DNA of 32,000 nucleotides from Victivallales bacterium (GTDB lineage Bacteria > Verrucomicrobiota > Lentisphaeria > Victivallales > UBA1829), in the NCBI GenBank assembly GCA_045589595.1, contig JAZNPK010000043.1, positions 82,623 through 114,622 on the forward strand, given 5' to 3'. Below are positions 25,001 through 32,000 of the stretch, piece by piece. A program made the translations under genes and the position numbers. The stretch's first letter is position 1; each line of letters opens with the position of its first letter. The notes below the pieces were generated by a model. That model was not told the DNA's origin, made no database searches, and saw only the letters and a list, made by a program, of their open reading frames with translations.

Positions 25001-26098
25001 GAAGAGATCCACATTAAAGACGTTACTGCGCCCAAAGGCGGCAGACTCAAACTCACCCAGAAGAGCCAGAACAGCGTCCAGATCGCCATCAGCAACTTCA
25101 AGGACAATGTGGGCGTAAAGAGTTACGAGGTCTATCTCGGCAGTACAAAAGTCGGCACGACCACAAGTTCCAGTTATACTTACAACGGCAAGGACCTTGG
25201 CGGGAAATTGCAGTTCAGCGTGTACGCAGTTGACGCCGCCGGAAACAAATCCAAGGCAAAAAAAGCATCCATCAAGATCAAGGATGCCACCGCGCCGACG
25301 AAAGTCACGGGACTGAAAGTTTCCGGTACGCCCAACGAAAAGACTTCCGTTCTGACATGGACCGCCGCAAAGGACAATGTGGGCGTGACGCAGTACGAGA
25401 TCAAGGTCTCCGGCAGCACGAAAGTTTACAAGAGCAAGACCAACAGCGTCACCATCAAGAAGTTGACGCCCGGCAAGCATACTTACACGGTGACCGCCAT
25501 CGACAAGGCGAAGAACCGCAGTACGGTCTCCGCGTCTGCCGCCTTCACGGTGAAGGACATCACTGCGCCCAAGGGCGGCAGCGTTAAACTGGCGCAGTCC
25601 GGCAACACCATCAAGTTCACCATCAGCAAGTTCAAAGACAACGTTGGCGTCAAGAGTTACGAGGTCTACCTCGGCGATAAAAAAGTCGGCACAACATCAA
25701 GCGCGGCTTACACATACAAAGGCGCGTTGACGGCAGGGAAGATGCAATTCAGTGTTGTTGCGGTTGACGCCGCGGGGAACAAATCCAAGGCGAAGAAGGC
25801 GTCCATCAAAGTGACTCCCGTTGCCGACAAGACCGGCGATGCATTGACGGAATTTCTGCCGGACAGCACCGGGTCTGTTGATCTGGCGGCATGGAACGAT
25901 CAGAACAGCGGTCTGAACGGCGGTGACGATCTTCCCGGCGGTCTGCTGCCAGACAGTGACGGGGACATGCTTTGCGGTACGGATCTCATTGATCTGGGCG
26001 AACTTACCGGCAACACAGACAACGCCGTCGGCGCTGTTGATCTGCTGAATGACGACCTCAAGAACAAGAGCAACGGCTTCAACGGAACGCTCGCCTGA
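22037..26098 (+). CDS. Large modular protein: C39-like/papain-like cysteine peptidase domain, six Ig-like repeats, five Fn3-like repeats and an acidic C-terminal tail
   Basis: ATG 22037 follows GGGGG. Putative catalytic Cys in YMHGCTATVIGMIFGYY (TGT at 22223-22225) and His in SIEGHAMLGYGYDD (CAT at 22841-22843). Six 79-86-aa repeats (23021-24508) follow the pattern P..PT...STT.PTN..V.V.A......YS.D...W..Y......N.T.YFRG.DAAGN.S......VSNID. Five alternating Fn3-like modules follow (about 24509-25810). Confidence 0.9.
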   Translation: MSLEKTLTVETVGDAAEMVSSAAAVTIAASDAEILPDSDGGVITSGTVTTIDGVPELEYMHGCTATVIGMIFGYYDRNGYKGYDFSNLIDGKAELDARGLDGNIHDMDAFDTNLGSAVASEEFVARFVGTTPAKEFQYSFTQSGSNLYLNTSAWNCIADYIGTGQYWRHNTDNFTSHYYDTLADIKNYTFTLEISDSSTGKTVDVPAKYVDLLYGLDLYVTSRGYSLDEDKTLTSYVDTYEDKNGTFTFEDYKAEIDAGRCVIISIEGHAMLGYGYDDSTDEVIFDDTYRRDQRMEWGGSYYYSGRSREMRSVTTIVLDTTGESAWVLPVPDAPENLTASTTAPTNQNVTVTASFDPDAYANWYSLNQGQSWKRYYSSGVTVSSNLTVSFKSTNKNGASSKSVHYKVSNIDKTAPNAPTVAVSTTAANVSTVTVSATFSSDSAKKQYSYDNSVWYTYRGSITLSANDTLYFRGIDAAGNISAVASKTVSNIAVADDLEKPVITASTTAATNKDVILWADSGDKAVKVEYSRNNADWFTYDEATGVSMAANGTAYFRSVNITGVKSAVTTYKVTNIDKVAPTAPTTAVSTTSSNVKSVTVTASYSSDSAKKEYSFDKTVWQTYSGGVTVTENRSLYFRGTDAAGNHSSITARTISNIAANTVTTPTVTASTTKPTNQNVVLTATYTTGGSIEYSLDYEIWQSCPAGGKLTVTQNATIFFRGVDKFGNRSAAKHFTVSNIDKTAPAKPTVSVSTSKKTEGTVTVYAAFDSDASTRQYSLDNKTWKTYSSGVSMSKNGTVYFRGVDAAGNRSAVASYKVSNIVDQTAPTGGKITLKQTSGTSVSVSISGFTDKGGIARYDVYLAGKKIGSTTSTAYTYKAASQLTGTLKFSVKAVDTSGNVSAGRSASLTTKKFTVLTVVGTATEKTTTLKWNPVTMAEPLKQYEISIAGVKKVYKSKTNSVTIKKLAAGNQKFTVYAVDKAKNRKLVASNEEIHIKDVTAPKGGRLKLTQKSQNSVQIAISNFKDNVGVKSYEVYLGSTKVGTTTSSSYTYNGKDLGGKLQFSVYAVDAAGNKSKAKKASIKIKDATAPTKVTGLKVSGTPNEKTSVLTWTAAKDNVGVTQYEIKVSGSTKVYKSKTNSVTIKKLTPGKHTYTVTAIDKAKNRSTVSASAAFTVKDITAPKGGSVKLAQSGNTIKFTISKFKDNVGVKSYEVYLGDKKVGTTSSAAYTYKGALTAGKMQFSVVAVDAAGNKSKAKKASIKVTPVADKTGDALTEFLPDSTGSVDLAAWNDQNSGLNGGDDLPGGLLPDSDGDMLCGTDLIDLGELTGNTDNAVGAVDLLNDDLKNKSNGFNGTLA
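24509..25810 (+). repeat. Intragenic modular repeat (A-B-A-B-A Fn3-like units) with a DNA-level period of about 534-537 bp
   Basis: GT(G/T)TACAAGAGCAAGACCAACAGCGTCACCATCAAGAA occurs at 24887 and 25424. TTCAA(G/A)GACAA(T/C)GT(G/T)GGCGT(A/C)AAGAGTTACGAGGTCTA occurs at 25097 and 25631. GTTGACGCCGC(C/G)GG(A/G)AACAAATCCAAGGC occurs near 25229 and 25757. Confidence 0.75.
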
Positions 26099-26117
26099 TC
26101 ACCTCAAAAAACAAAAC

Positions 26118-26154
26118 TGCCGGACTCCCGCAACGGTACTCCGGCAGTTTTTTT
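26118..26154. terminator. Bidirectional rho-independent terminator
   Basis: Stem CTGCCGGA (26118-26125) / TCCGGCAG (26140-26147) followed by TTTTTTT (26148-26154) and preceded by an A-rich run. It lies between the convergent stops at 26098 (+) and 26168 (-). Confidence 0.65.
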
Positions 26155-26167
26155 GTGGCGCTGTTCT

Positions 26168-27553
26168 TTACGGGATCAGATGCGAGCGGATTGAATAGCC
26201 CGGCACATCCACCGGGACTGTGCGGAGTTTTCTGCGGTAAACGGTTCTGCCGGAAGACACATACAACATGCCGTCCTGATAGGCGATCTGCTCCGCGGGA
26301 ACATCGCCGGGCAGGGGCAGGATCAGGTCGATCATTCCGGTACACCAGACGCCCTGTACGCCCAGTTCGGTTGCGGCAACAACACGGTTGTCCGGCAGGA
26401 CGGTGATATCTTTTGCGCCGGTGATGCGGCAATCGTGATGCAGATACAGCGGTGCCAGTTTGCAGCATTGCGCAAGGGAACCATCCGGCATGATGGACAT
26501 GGCGAACAGATAGCGGCGCGTGCTGTCAGCGATATACAGCCGCCAGCGGTCGGTGGACCGTACGATGGCAGTGATCCTGCCGAATCCGGAAGCGACGACA
26601 CGGCGGTTGTTTTTTGTGCCGAGAAAGATTTTTCCGCCGGAGAATGTGTAGGTTCCTTTTCCGGTCCTGACCGGTTTCTTTTCCGGCATGGTCCCATTGC
26701 AGATCTCCCAGCGGGAACCCGGTTCCAGCAGTTGGCTGATGCGTCTCTGATTGAACAGGGGGCGGACTGTGGGATCGCTCTGCCAGTTCGCCCAGAGGAA
26801 TGTGACGATCCGCCGCCAGAGTGTACTGTCCTGTCTGCGGCAGCAGTGTCCTTCGCCGTTGAACTGTTCGTACCGGAAATCGTATCCGGCGAACTCAAAC
26901 GTATCGGCGGCGTTCAGAGCGGCGTAAAGGGACGATCCGTCCACACCGGCAGGTTCTTCCGTACCGGCTGTCATATAGATCCGGATGGGGCGTGCTTCGC
27001 TTTTCCGGACGATGGTCAATGTTTCTTCGCCGCCCCGTTCTGCGGCAAACGTGGGACTGCTCAAGAAGGTGCGGCGGAAATAATCGTTCCGGAACCAGAC
27101 AGCGTTCCATGCGAGGGTCCCGCCTGACGATCCGCCGGTAATGAAGTGCATATCAGGACTCTGATCCAGAACTGCGCCTGCGGTTTTTGCGGCGTGGGGG
27201 ATCAGTTCCTCCACCATGAAATCGGAGAAATCCCGGTTGTATTCATCAAATTCCTCCGTTCTCATGCCCCGCGGCAGACCTTTCGGCAGGGTAGGTTCCA
27301 GGATTCCGGGGTAGAAAAACAGCACCAGACCCGGCGGCATCAGCCCTTCATCCATAAATGCGGAAAGGAAGGGACACATGATTTCCGGCGTATGTTCCAG
27401 CAGGACATACAGCGCCAGATTTTTCCCCGATTTCAGTGCGGCGGGGGCGAGGTATGTGTGATAGGTGAACTTTGTGCCGGGTTCGTACTTTTTCCCGGTG
27501 TAAGTCAGATCTTTCTGCAGGGTGCCGGGTATCACGACGGTTTCTTCACTCAT
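26168..27553 (-). CDS. Esterase (esterase D / enterochelin-esterase-like alpha/beta hydrolase) with a C-terminal beta-propeller-like region
   Basis: Nucleophile elbow FITGGSSGGTLAW (GxSxG) in the context typical of the 'putative esterase' family. The C-terminal 200 aa is beta-rich and repetitive, so the propeller call is tentative. Confidence 0.75.
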   Translation of the reverse strand: MSEETVVIPGTLQKDLTYTGKKYEPGTKFTYHTYLAPAALKSGKNLALYVLLEHTPEIMCPFLSAFMDEGLMPPGLVLFFYPGILEPTLPKGLPRGMRTEEFDEYNRDFSDFMVEELIPHAAKTAGAVLDQSPDMHFITGGSSGGTLAWNAVWFRNDYFRRTFLSSPTFAAERGGEETLTIVRKSEARPIRIYMTAGTEEPAGVDGSSLYAALNAADTFEFAGYDFRYEQFNGEGHCCRRQDSTLWRRIVTFLWANWQSDPTVRPLFNQRRISQLLEPGSRWEICNGTMPEKKPVRTGKGTYTFSGGKIFLGTKNNRRVVASGFGRITAIVRSTDRWRLYIADSTRRYLFAMSIMPDGSLAQCCKLAPLYLHHDCRITGAKDITVLPDNRVVAATELGVQGVWCTGMIDLILPLPGDVPAEQIAYQDGMLYVSSGRTVYRRKLRTVPVDVPGYSIRSHLIP

Positions 27554-27580
27554 AGATTCGGATCCTTTGTGCCGGATGTT

Positions 27581-28570
27581 TTATTTTTTCAGAAAAGATG
27601 TGCCGATCTGTTTTGCCAGATTGTGTGCCATGAACAGGAATCCGGAATCGTTGGGATGCAGACGGGCATCTTCAAAAAATTCCGGCAGATGCGGCACAAG
27701 GGGAACGCCTTCCACAATTTTGATCTGCGGAAATTTTTTACAGATCTGCCGCAGGATCTTGAGGGCATCTTCAAAGGTCCCGACTTTTTTGAGCTGATCC
27801 CGGTCTTTCCGCCAGATGGGCAGTATTGCCGCAATGGGCGTGCCCGGATACAGCACGGTCAGCTGCTTGAAAAATGCAGCGGCATCCTGACGGAATGTTT
27901 TGGCGTCCGCCTTTTTTGACCAGTCGTTCGTACCGTACGCCACGGTGATCAGGTCCGGCTTGACCGGGTCCGGTTCCGTGAGCAGTGCGGGATTGAACAC
28001 TTCCGCACCGATGCCTTTGTTGAAGATCTCCACCTGCCATTCAGCCGCCAGCTGATTGGGATATGCGAGGCTGGGATAATGGGCGTCATAGCCCTGGGTG
28101 ATGGAGTCTCCGAAACAGATCACGGTGCCTTTGACGGGTACGGGCAGAACCTTTGACGCATCCTTGAAAACAAGTTTTTTCAGGGAGAACCGTTCCAGAC
28201 CGGGCAGCCACACCGACAGGGTGTTCATTGCGCCGTCCAGCGGTATTTCAAAACTGATTTCAGGCTGTTCGTGAAAGTTTTCCGTTTCTTCGTGCCGGAT
28301 CATAACGCCGTTGAGAAAAACATCGATCCCTGCATAACTGCGGGACGATCCCTGCCGGAACAGTCCGGTCAGTGCAACGGCGTTTGCATCGGTCTGACAT
28401 TCGATCCGGATACCGGAAGCGGCGCGTGCTTTCATGGCGAAATCGGGATTATCCCGGTACGCCGCCATCTGTGCGTCTGTCATACGGTAAAATTCGTATG
28501 CGCCGCCTTCGCGTGCGATGCGGACTGCGCCGCGTGTGATCTGCCGCAATAATGCGAGGTTTGTGTTCAC
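27581..28570 (-). CDS. SGNH hydrolase with an N-terminal beta-sandwich (CE2-like architecture)
   Basis: Block I ICFGDSITQGY, block III VAYGTNDW and block V ARLHPNDSG. There is an extra domain of about 150 aa at the N-terminus. Confidence 0.8.
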   Translation of the reverse strand: MNTNLALLRQITRGAVRIAREGGAYEFYRMTDAQMAAYRDNPDFAMKARAASGIRIECQTDANAVALTGLFRQGSSRSYAGIDVFLNGVMIRHEETENFHEQPEISFEIPLDGAMNTLSVWLPGLERFSLKKLVFKDASKVLPVPVKGTVICFGDSITQGYDAHYPSLAYPNQLAAEWQVEIFNKGIGAEVFNPALLTEPDPVKPDLITVAYGTNDWSKKADAKTFRQDAAAFFKQLTVLYPGTPIAAILPIWRKDRDQLKKVGTFEDALKILRQICKKFPQIKIVEGVPLVPHLPEFFEDARLHPNDSGFLFMAHNLAKQIGTSFLKK

Positions 28571-28573
28571 GGA

Positions 28574-29479
28574 TCAACCTTTCCGGATGAAGGATTTGTA
28601 GTTTTCTTCCGTCATTTTGTGGAAGATGTCGCGGAAATCGATGGTTTCGCGTCCGTTGCGGAGGAACTTCAGATCCCGTTTCACCTGAACCGGATCGGAA
28701 TAGATGCTGTGGAGATGTTCAAATTTTTCCTGATCGAACTCGTAAGTTTCTTTTGCGAAATCGGAATTGAAATTATTGGTGTTCATGTCGGAGCCGTACA
28801 TGATGCGTGAGCCGAGTCCGTACGTGCCGAGCCCGATCTTTTTGAAGGCTTCTTCCCGGTCGAATTCCGGAGCGCCGGGGGAGCAGTCGATATACATTTC
28901 CGGTGCATCCCCGTAGTAGTGCTGCGCGGCATTGAATTTGCCGAAAAGGGCAATACATTCACTGGTCCACGGCCATGAGATGTGCGCGAGAGCGAAACGG
29001 AGTTTTTTGACGCTGAGGAGACATTCAAAGGAGAGGGGGCGGTTGTAGAAACTGGAAACTTTGCCGTCCCACAGAATCCCGGAATGGAATGTGACCGGCA
29101 GACCGACTTCCGCACATTTCGCATAGGTCTTCAAGCCTTCTTCCGGATAATGAGTGCCGCAGATCACTTTGAAACCGCGTATCCCCTGTTCCGCCGCGTA
29201 CTGCACCTGTTCTTCCGCATCGGGTTCTGTGGGGTCGATCCAGTAGAACGGACAGAAGGTATCCGGCAGTTTTGCGCAGAAATCCAGCACGGCGTGGGTC
29301 CGTTCCTTATTGGTCGGCGGGGTCGTGCCGTAGTAGGAGAGGTCATTGGCGGGGGGAATACTGAAAATACAGCCGCCGCCGATGTTTGCCGCCTGACATT
29401 TCTTCAGAAAATTTTCCGGAGCGTCCTGTTTGCCGGCATAGAGTTCCGTGTACATGTGGATGTGGGAATCAAAAATCAT
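28574..29479 (-). CDS. Amidohydro_2-type TIM-barrel metal-dependent hydrolase
   Basis: N-terminal MIFDSHIHMY (HxH metal ligands), an internal FHSG, LAHISWPW and a late YGSD (Asp). It lies 3 nt upstream of the SGNH gene. Confidence 0.75.
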   Translation of the reverse strand: MIFDSHIHMYTELYAGKQDAPENFLKKCQAANIGGGCIFSIPPANDLSYYGTTPPTNKERTHAVLDFCAKLPDTFCPFYWIDPTEPDAEEQVQYAAEQGIRGFKVICGTHYPEEGLKTYAKCAEVGLPVTFHSGILWDGKVSSFYNRPLSFECLLSVKKLRFALAHISWPWTSECIALFGKFNAAQHYYGDAPEMYIDCSPGAPEFDREEAFKKIGLGTYGLGSRIMYGSDMNTNNFNSDFAKETYEFDQEKFEHLHSIYSDPVQVKRDLKFLRNGRETIDFRDIFHKMTEENYKSFIRKG

Positions 29480-29604
29480 ATTGTTACTCCCTGATTCAGA
29501 TTGTTGTGGTTCAATATTGCAAAACTGCGTTAAAATAAATCCATACGGTCATTTTTTCAAGCAGGATTTTTCAGTATTTTTCCTGCTTTTTACGCAGGTT
29601 TCTC

Positions 29605-29633
29605 TTGAAAATAAGAGTTATCACTGATATATT
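29605..29633 (+). promoter_or_regulatory. Candidate sigma70-type promoter for the secreted LamG/DUF4091-like gene
   Basis: TTGAAA (29605-29610), a 17-nt spacer and TATATT (29628-29633), 55 nt upstream of ATG 29689. Confidence 0.35.
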
Positions 29634-29688
29634 CCGGAAACAACAGATCAATCACGATTGCAATTCAAAGTAAAATGAGGCTGAAAAC

Positions 29689-32000
29689 ATGAAACACCGA
29701 TCTTTTTTTCCGTGTCTCGGTCTTGGCTCTGCGCTGCTGCTGACGGCGCTGGGGCTTTCTGCCGCAGAACCGCAGCCGCTGCTGCAGTTTGACGGTACCG
29801 CCGCTCCGGCAGATGTCCGGCTGAATTGGGATGAAATCAGCAAACGTTCCACGGATGCAGCGCTCGGCTTTTACATCCGTTTCGACAAAAAAAGTGAACC
29901 TGCCAAAACGGCAGCCGATGCCAATTTCGGGTTGTTCGACTGCGTGCTGGATCAGCGCGGTAAAATCGTGTTCACCTACTATGCGAAGGTGACAGATCTG
30001 CTGGGACCGTGGATGCGTTTTGAAAGCCGCGATACGTTTGAGGTCGGCAAGACATATCATGTGGAATTTTCTTATTCCGACCGCCGCCGGAGCATCATTT
30101 TCAATGTGGACGGGCTTGTGCAGTATGAAAATGACAATCCGGATGTACCTGCGTTCTGCATCCGCCCCTTCCGGATCGGTAAAAACTTTTCCGGTTCCAT
30201 CCGCGATTTCCGTCTTTACGATATGCCCCTGCATACGGAATATCTGCGGATCGCTCCCGTTCAGCCCGACCGCGCAGCTGTGCTGGAAAACAGTCTGAAA
30301 GATGCGCTGGGCAAAACGCAGAACAGTGCGCTGAAAAAATATCTGGGCGACCTTCAGGCGGATCTTGCCGGATTGCAGAAGCGTCAGGGCGGCGATAAAA
30401 AAGTCGTAACGCTCCACGAATGGAACGCGCTCCGTGATCAGATCCGGAATGCGTCGCGGATCGCCGGAGAGATCGGTAAAGCAGGCGGCGTGAAAGACGG
30501 AGTTGTGACGGCTTACACGGTACGACCCACCAGTCAGGAAGCCGTTACGCCTTACATCCTGCCGGAAGAAGGCGTGCTGACCGGCAAACTGAATGTGATC
30601 GCCGCAAAGGGTGAATATGAATCCGCCTCCTTCCTGGTGGTCCCCTTCGCGCCGGTGAAGAAATTTCTGCCTGTGATCGGCGAACTGAAAAACGAAAACG
30701 GGACCGTCCTTCCCGGATCCGCCCTTGATCTTACGCTGGTCAAGCGGACCTATACCAGCGGCGGTGCATGGCTGACTTATCACGGCGACAAACGTATGCG
30801 GATCCTGACGCCGGATCTGCTCATCCATGATGATGCACTGATCAAAGTGGATGAATTCCGCCAGACCCACAGCATCCGCGTCAATTATCCGGAGGGTGTC
30901 ACCTATCTGGATATCACCACACGCGCGCCGAATCTCCAGTCCTATCCCTCCGATCTGCCGTTCCGCGATGCGGATACCCTGCAGCCTGTGGAACTGCCGG
31001 AGGCAGGCAGGAATCAGCAGTACGTTCTGACGCTCCGGGTGCCGGAAAATCAGGAACCGGGACTTTACCGCACGACCGTAACGATGCTTGCAGACGGGAA
31101 AAAAGCCGGTCAGTTGGCTCTTGCAGTGCGGGTGCTGCCCTTTGAACTGCCGGAGGCACGGACTTATTACGATCCGGACCGTCTTTTCTTCGGGTTCTTC
31201 TCCCACAAAGTCTTTACGGGCAATCCTACGGAAAAAGCAGTTGAAGCGCGTTACCGTAATATGAAAGCCCACAATATGCTTTATCCGGGCAATTGGCCCG
31301 ATCCCGTCAAACAGCCGGAACTGTTCCAGCTTCATGTGGATATCCGCAAGAAAGTCGGTCTGCCGGAACATACCATTTTTGCAGGCAGTTCCGCCGACAG
31401 AGCCTGGTTGAGGATGCCGAAAGAAAAACGCACGAAAGAGGTCTATGAACAGCATATCAAAGAATGGAAAGCGGAAAAAGATCAGTTTCTCGCCGCCTTT
31501 GAAAAAGCTTACGGACACCGGAATGTGTTTATGTGGGGCGTTGATGAAGCATCCCATTATGCCACGATCGTTCATAATCAGGTTCCCGGCTGGCAGGCAC
31601 TTCATGAACTGGGCGGCAAGATCCTGACCACCGGATCCTACCGGAACGAAAAATGGGTGGCGGATATTCAGGATATGCACGTACACAGTTATGTGGTTCC
31701 CCGTTCTGCGGAGATCTGGCACGCGGCGGGCGGCAGGATCATGAATTATGCCGAACCGTTCCCCAGTATCGAAAATCCCCTGACATACCGGAGCAAGATC
31801 GGGCATAATATGTATTTCAGCAATTATGACGGCACCATGATCCACGGATACTGCGTGATCACCCGTGTCAATCCCTTTGCCAAGGACTACGGCGGAAGTT
31901 ACCGCCGTTTTGCCATGGTCTTCCCCCAGCAGGACGGTGTGATCAGCACACTGGCGATTGCCGGAGTCCGGGAGGGATTCGATGACATCCGTTACTTCTC
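29689..32000 (+). CDS. Secreted protein, 3'-truncated by the window edge: signal peptide, LamG/ConA-like domain and a DUF4091/GH123-like putative glycoside hydrolase region
   Basis: I translated 29689-32000 by hand and found 770 codons with no stop. It is missing from the ORF track because it never closes. The start MKHRSFFPCLGLGSALLLTALGLSA/AEPQ is a Sec signal, and GAGG lies upstream. KNFSGSIRDFRLYDMPL is LamG-like. LAVRVLPFELPE and FMWGVDEA are reminiscent of DUF4091 proteins (weak family call). Confidence 0.85.
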   Translation, partial: MKHRSFFPCLGLGSALLLTALGLSAAEPQPLLQFDGTAAPADVRLNWDEISKRSTDAALGFYIRFDKKSEPAKTAADANFGLFDCVLDQRGKIVFTYYAKVTDLLGPWMRFESRDTFEVGKTYHVEFSYSDRRRSIIFNVDGLVQYENDNPDVPAFCIRPFRIGKNFSGSIRDFRLYDMPLHTEYLRIAPVQPDRAAVLENSLKDALGKTQNSALKKYLGDLQADLAGLQKRQGGDKKVVTLHEWNALRDQIRNASRIAGEIGKAGGVKDGVVTAYTVRPTSQEAVTPYILPEEGVLTGKLNVIAAKGEYESASFLVVPFAPVKKFLPVIGELKNENGTVLPGSALDLTLVKRTYTSGGAWLTYHGDKRMRILTPDLLIHDDALIKVDEFRQTHSIRVNYPEGVTYLDITTRAPNLQSYPSDLPFRDADTLQPVELPEAGRNQQYVLTLRVPENQEPGLYRTTVTMLADGKKAGQLALAVRVLPFELPEARTYYDPDRLFFGFFSHKVFTGNPTEKAVEARYRNMKAHNMLYPGNWPDPVKQPELFQLHVDIRKKVGLPEHTIFAGSSADRAWLRMPKEKRTKEVYEQHIKEWKAEKDQFLAAFEKAYGHRNVFMWGVDEASHYATIVHNQVPGWQALHELGGKILTTGSYRNEKWVADIQDMHVHSYVVPRSAEIWHAAGGRIMNYAEPFPSIENPLTYRSKIGHNMYFSNYDGTMIHGYCVITRVNPFAKDYGGSYRRFAMVFPQQDGVISTLAIAGVREGFDDIRYF

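Noticed and set aside
23489-25480. 663-aa minus-strand ORF inside the large modular gene
   Set aside because: It is antisense to a clearly structured Ig/Fn3 repeat protein. Its translation is low-complexity (rich in G, R and D) with no domain pattern, so it is a shadow ORF.
29665-31845. 726-aa minus-strand ORF
   Set aside because: It lies exactly antisense to a stop-free plus-strand CDS that has a signal peptide and an RBS. It has odd composition and no motifs, so I treat it as a shadow ORF.

Overview
This is a bacterial chromosomal window with no rRNA, tRNA or CRISPR array visible. Most of it is a glycan and sugar metabolism neighbourhood. It holds a GH39-like hydrolase, a WbsX/GH99-like protein, an alpha/beta esterase, two SGNH esterases, two Gfo/Idh/MocA dehydrogenases, one MDR dehydrogenase, M20 and Amidohydro_2 hydrolases, and a secreted LamG plus DUF4091-like protein. 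An adenine deaminase is cut by the left edge. A glycan-degrading anaerobe, possibly of the PVC group, is a low-confidence guess. The stand-out is a plus-strand, visibly AT-richer four-gene cassette (about 4.4-11.9 kb) wedged between two minus-strand metabolic blocks. Its genes are: (1) a 714-aa protein with a degenerate AAA+ module followed by an intact CbbX/SpoVK/EccA-type AAA+ module; (2) a YbjN-like (T3SS-chaperone-fold) protein with a poly-acidic tail; (3) a 2-TM CASTOR/POLLUX-like pore protein with two Rossmann/RCK-like domains and a C-terminal RyR domain; and (4) a TIR-NB-ARC-TPR STAND protein with the catalytic TIR glutamate intact and recently duplicated 126-bp TPR units. I cannot match this combination to any named defence system. 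I propose it as a candidate immune or abortive-infection module in which a TIR/STAND sensor is coupled to a nucleotide-responsive ion channel. Other notable items are a 1353-aa modular protein (C39-like peptidase, six Ig-like repeats, five Fn3-like repeats) with no Sec signal, and a decayed IS4-family transposase next to a truncated phosphoesterase gene. A real plus-strand CDS (29689 to the window end) is absent from the ORF track, while a 726-aa antisense shadow ORF is listed in its place. All family calls come from motif recognition by eye, and no searches were run.
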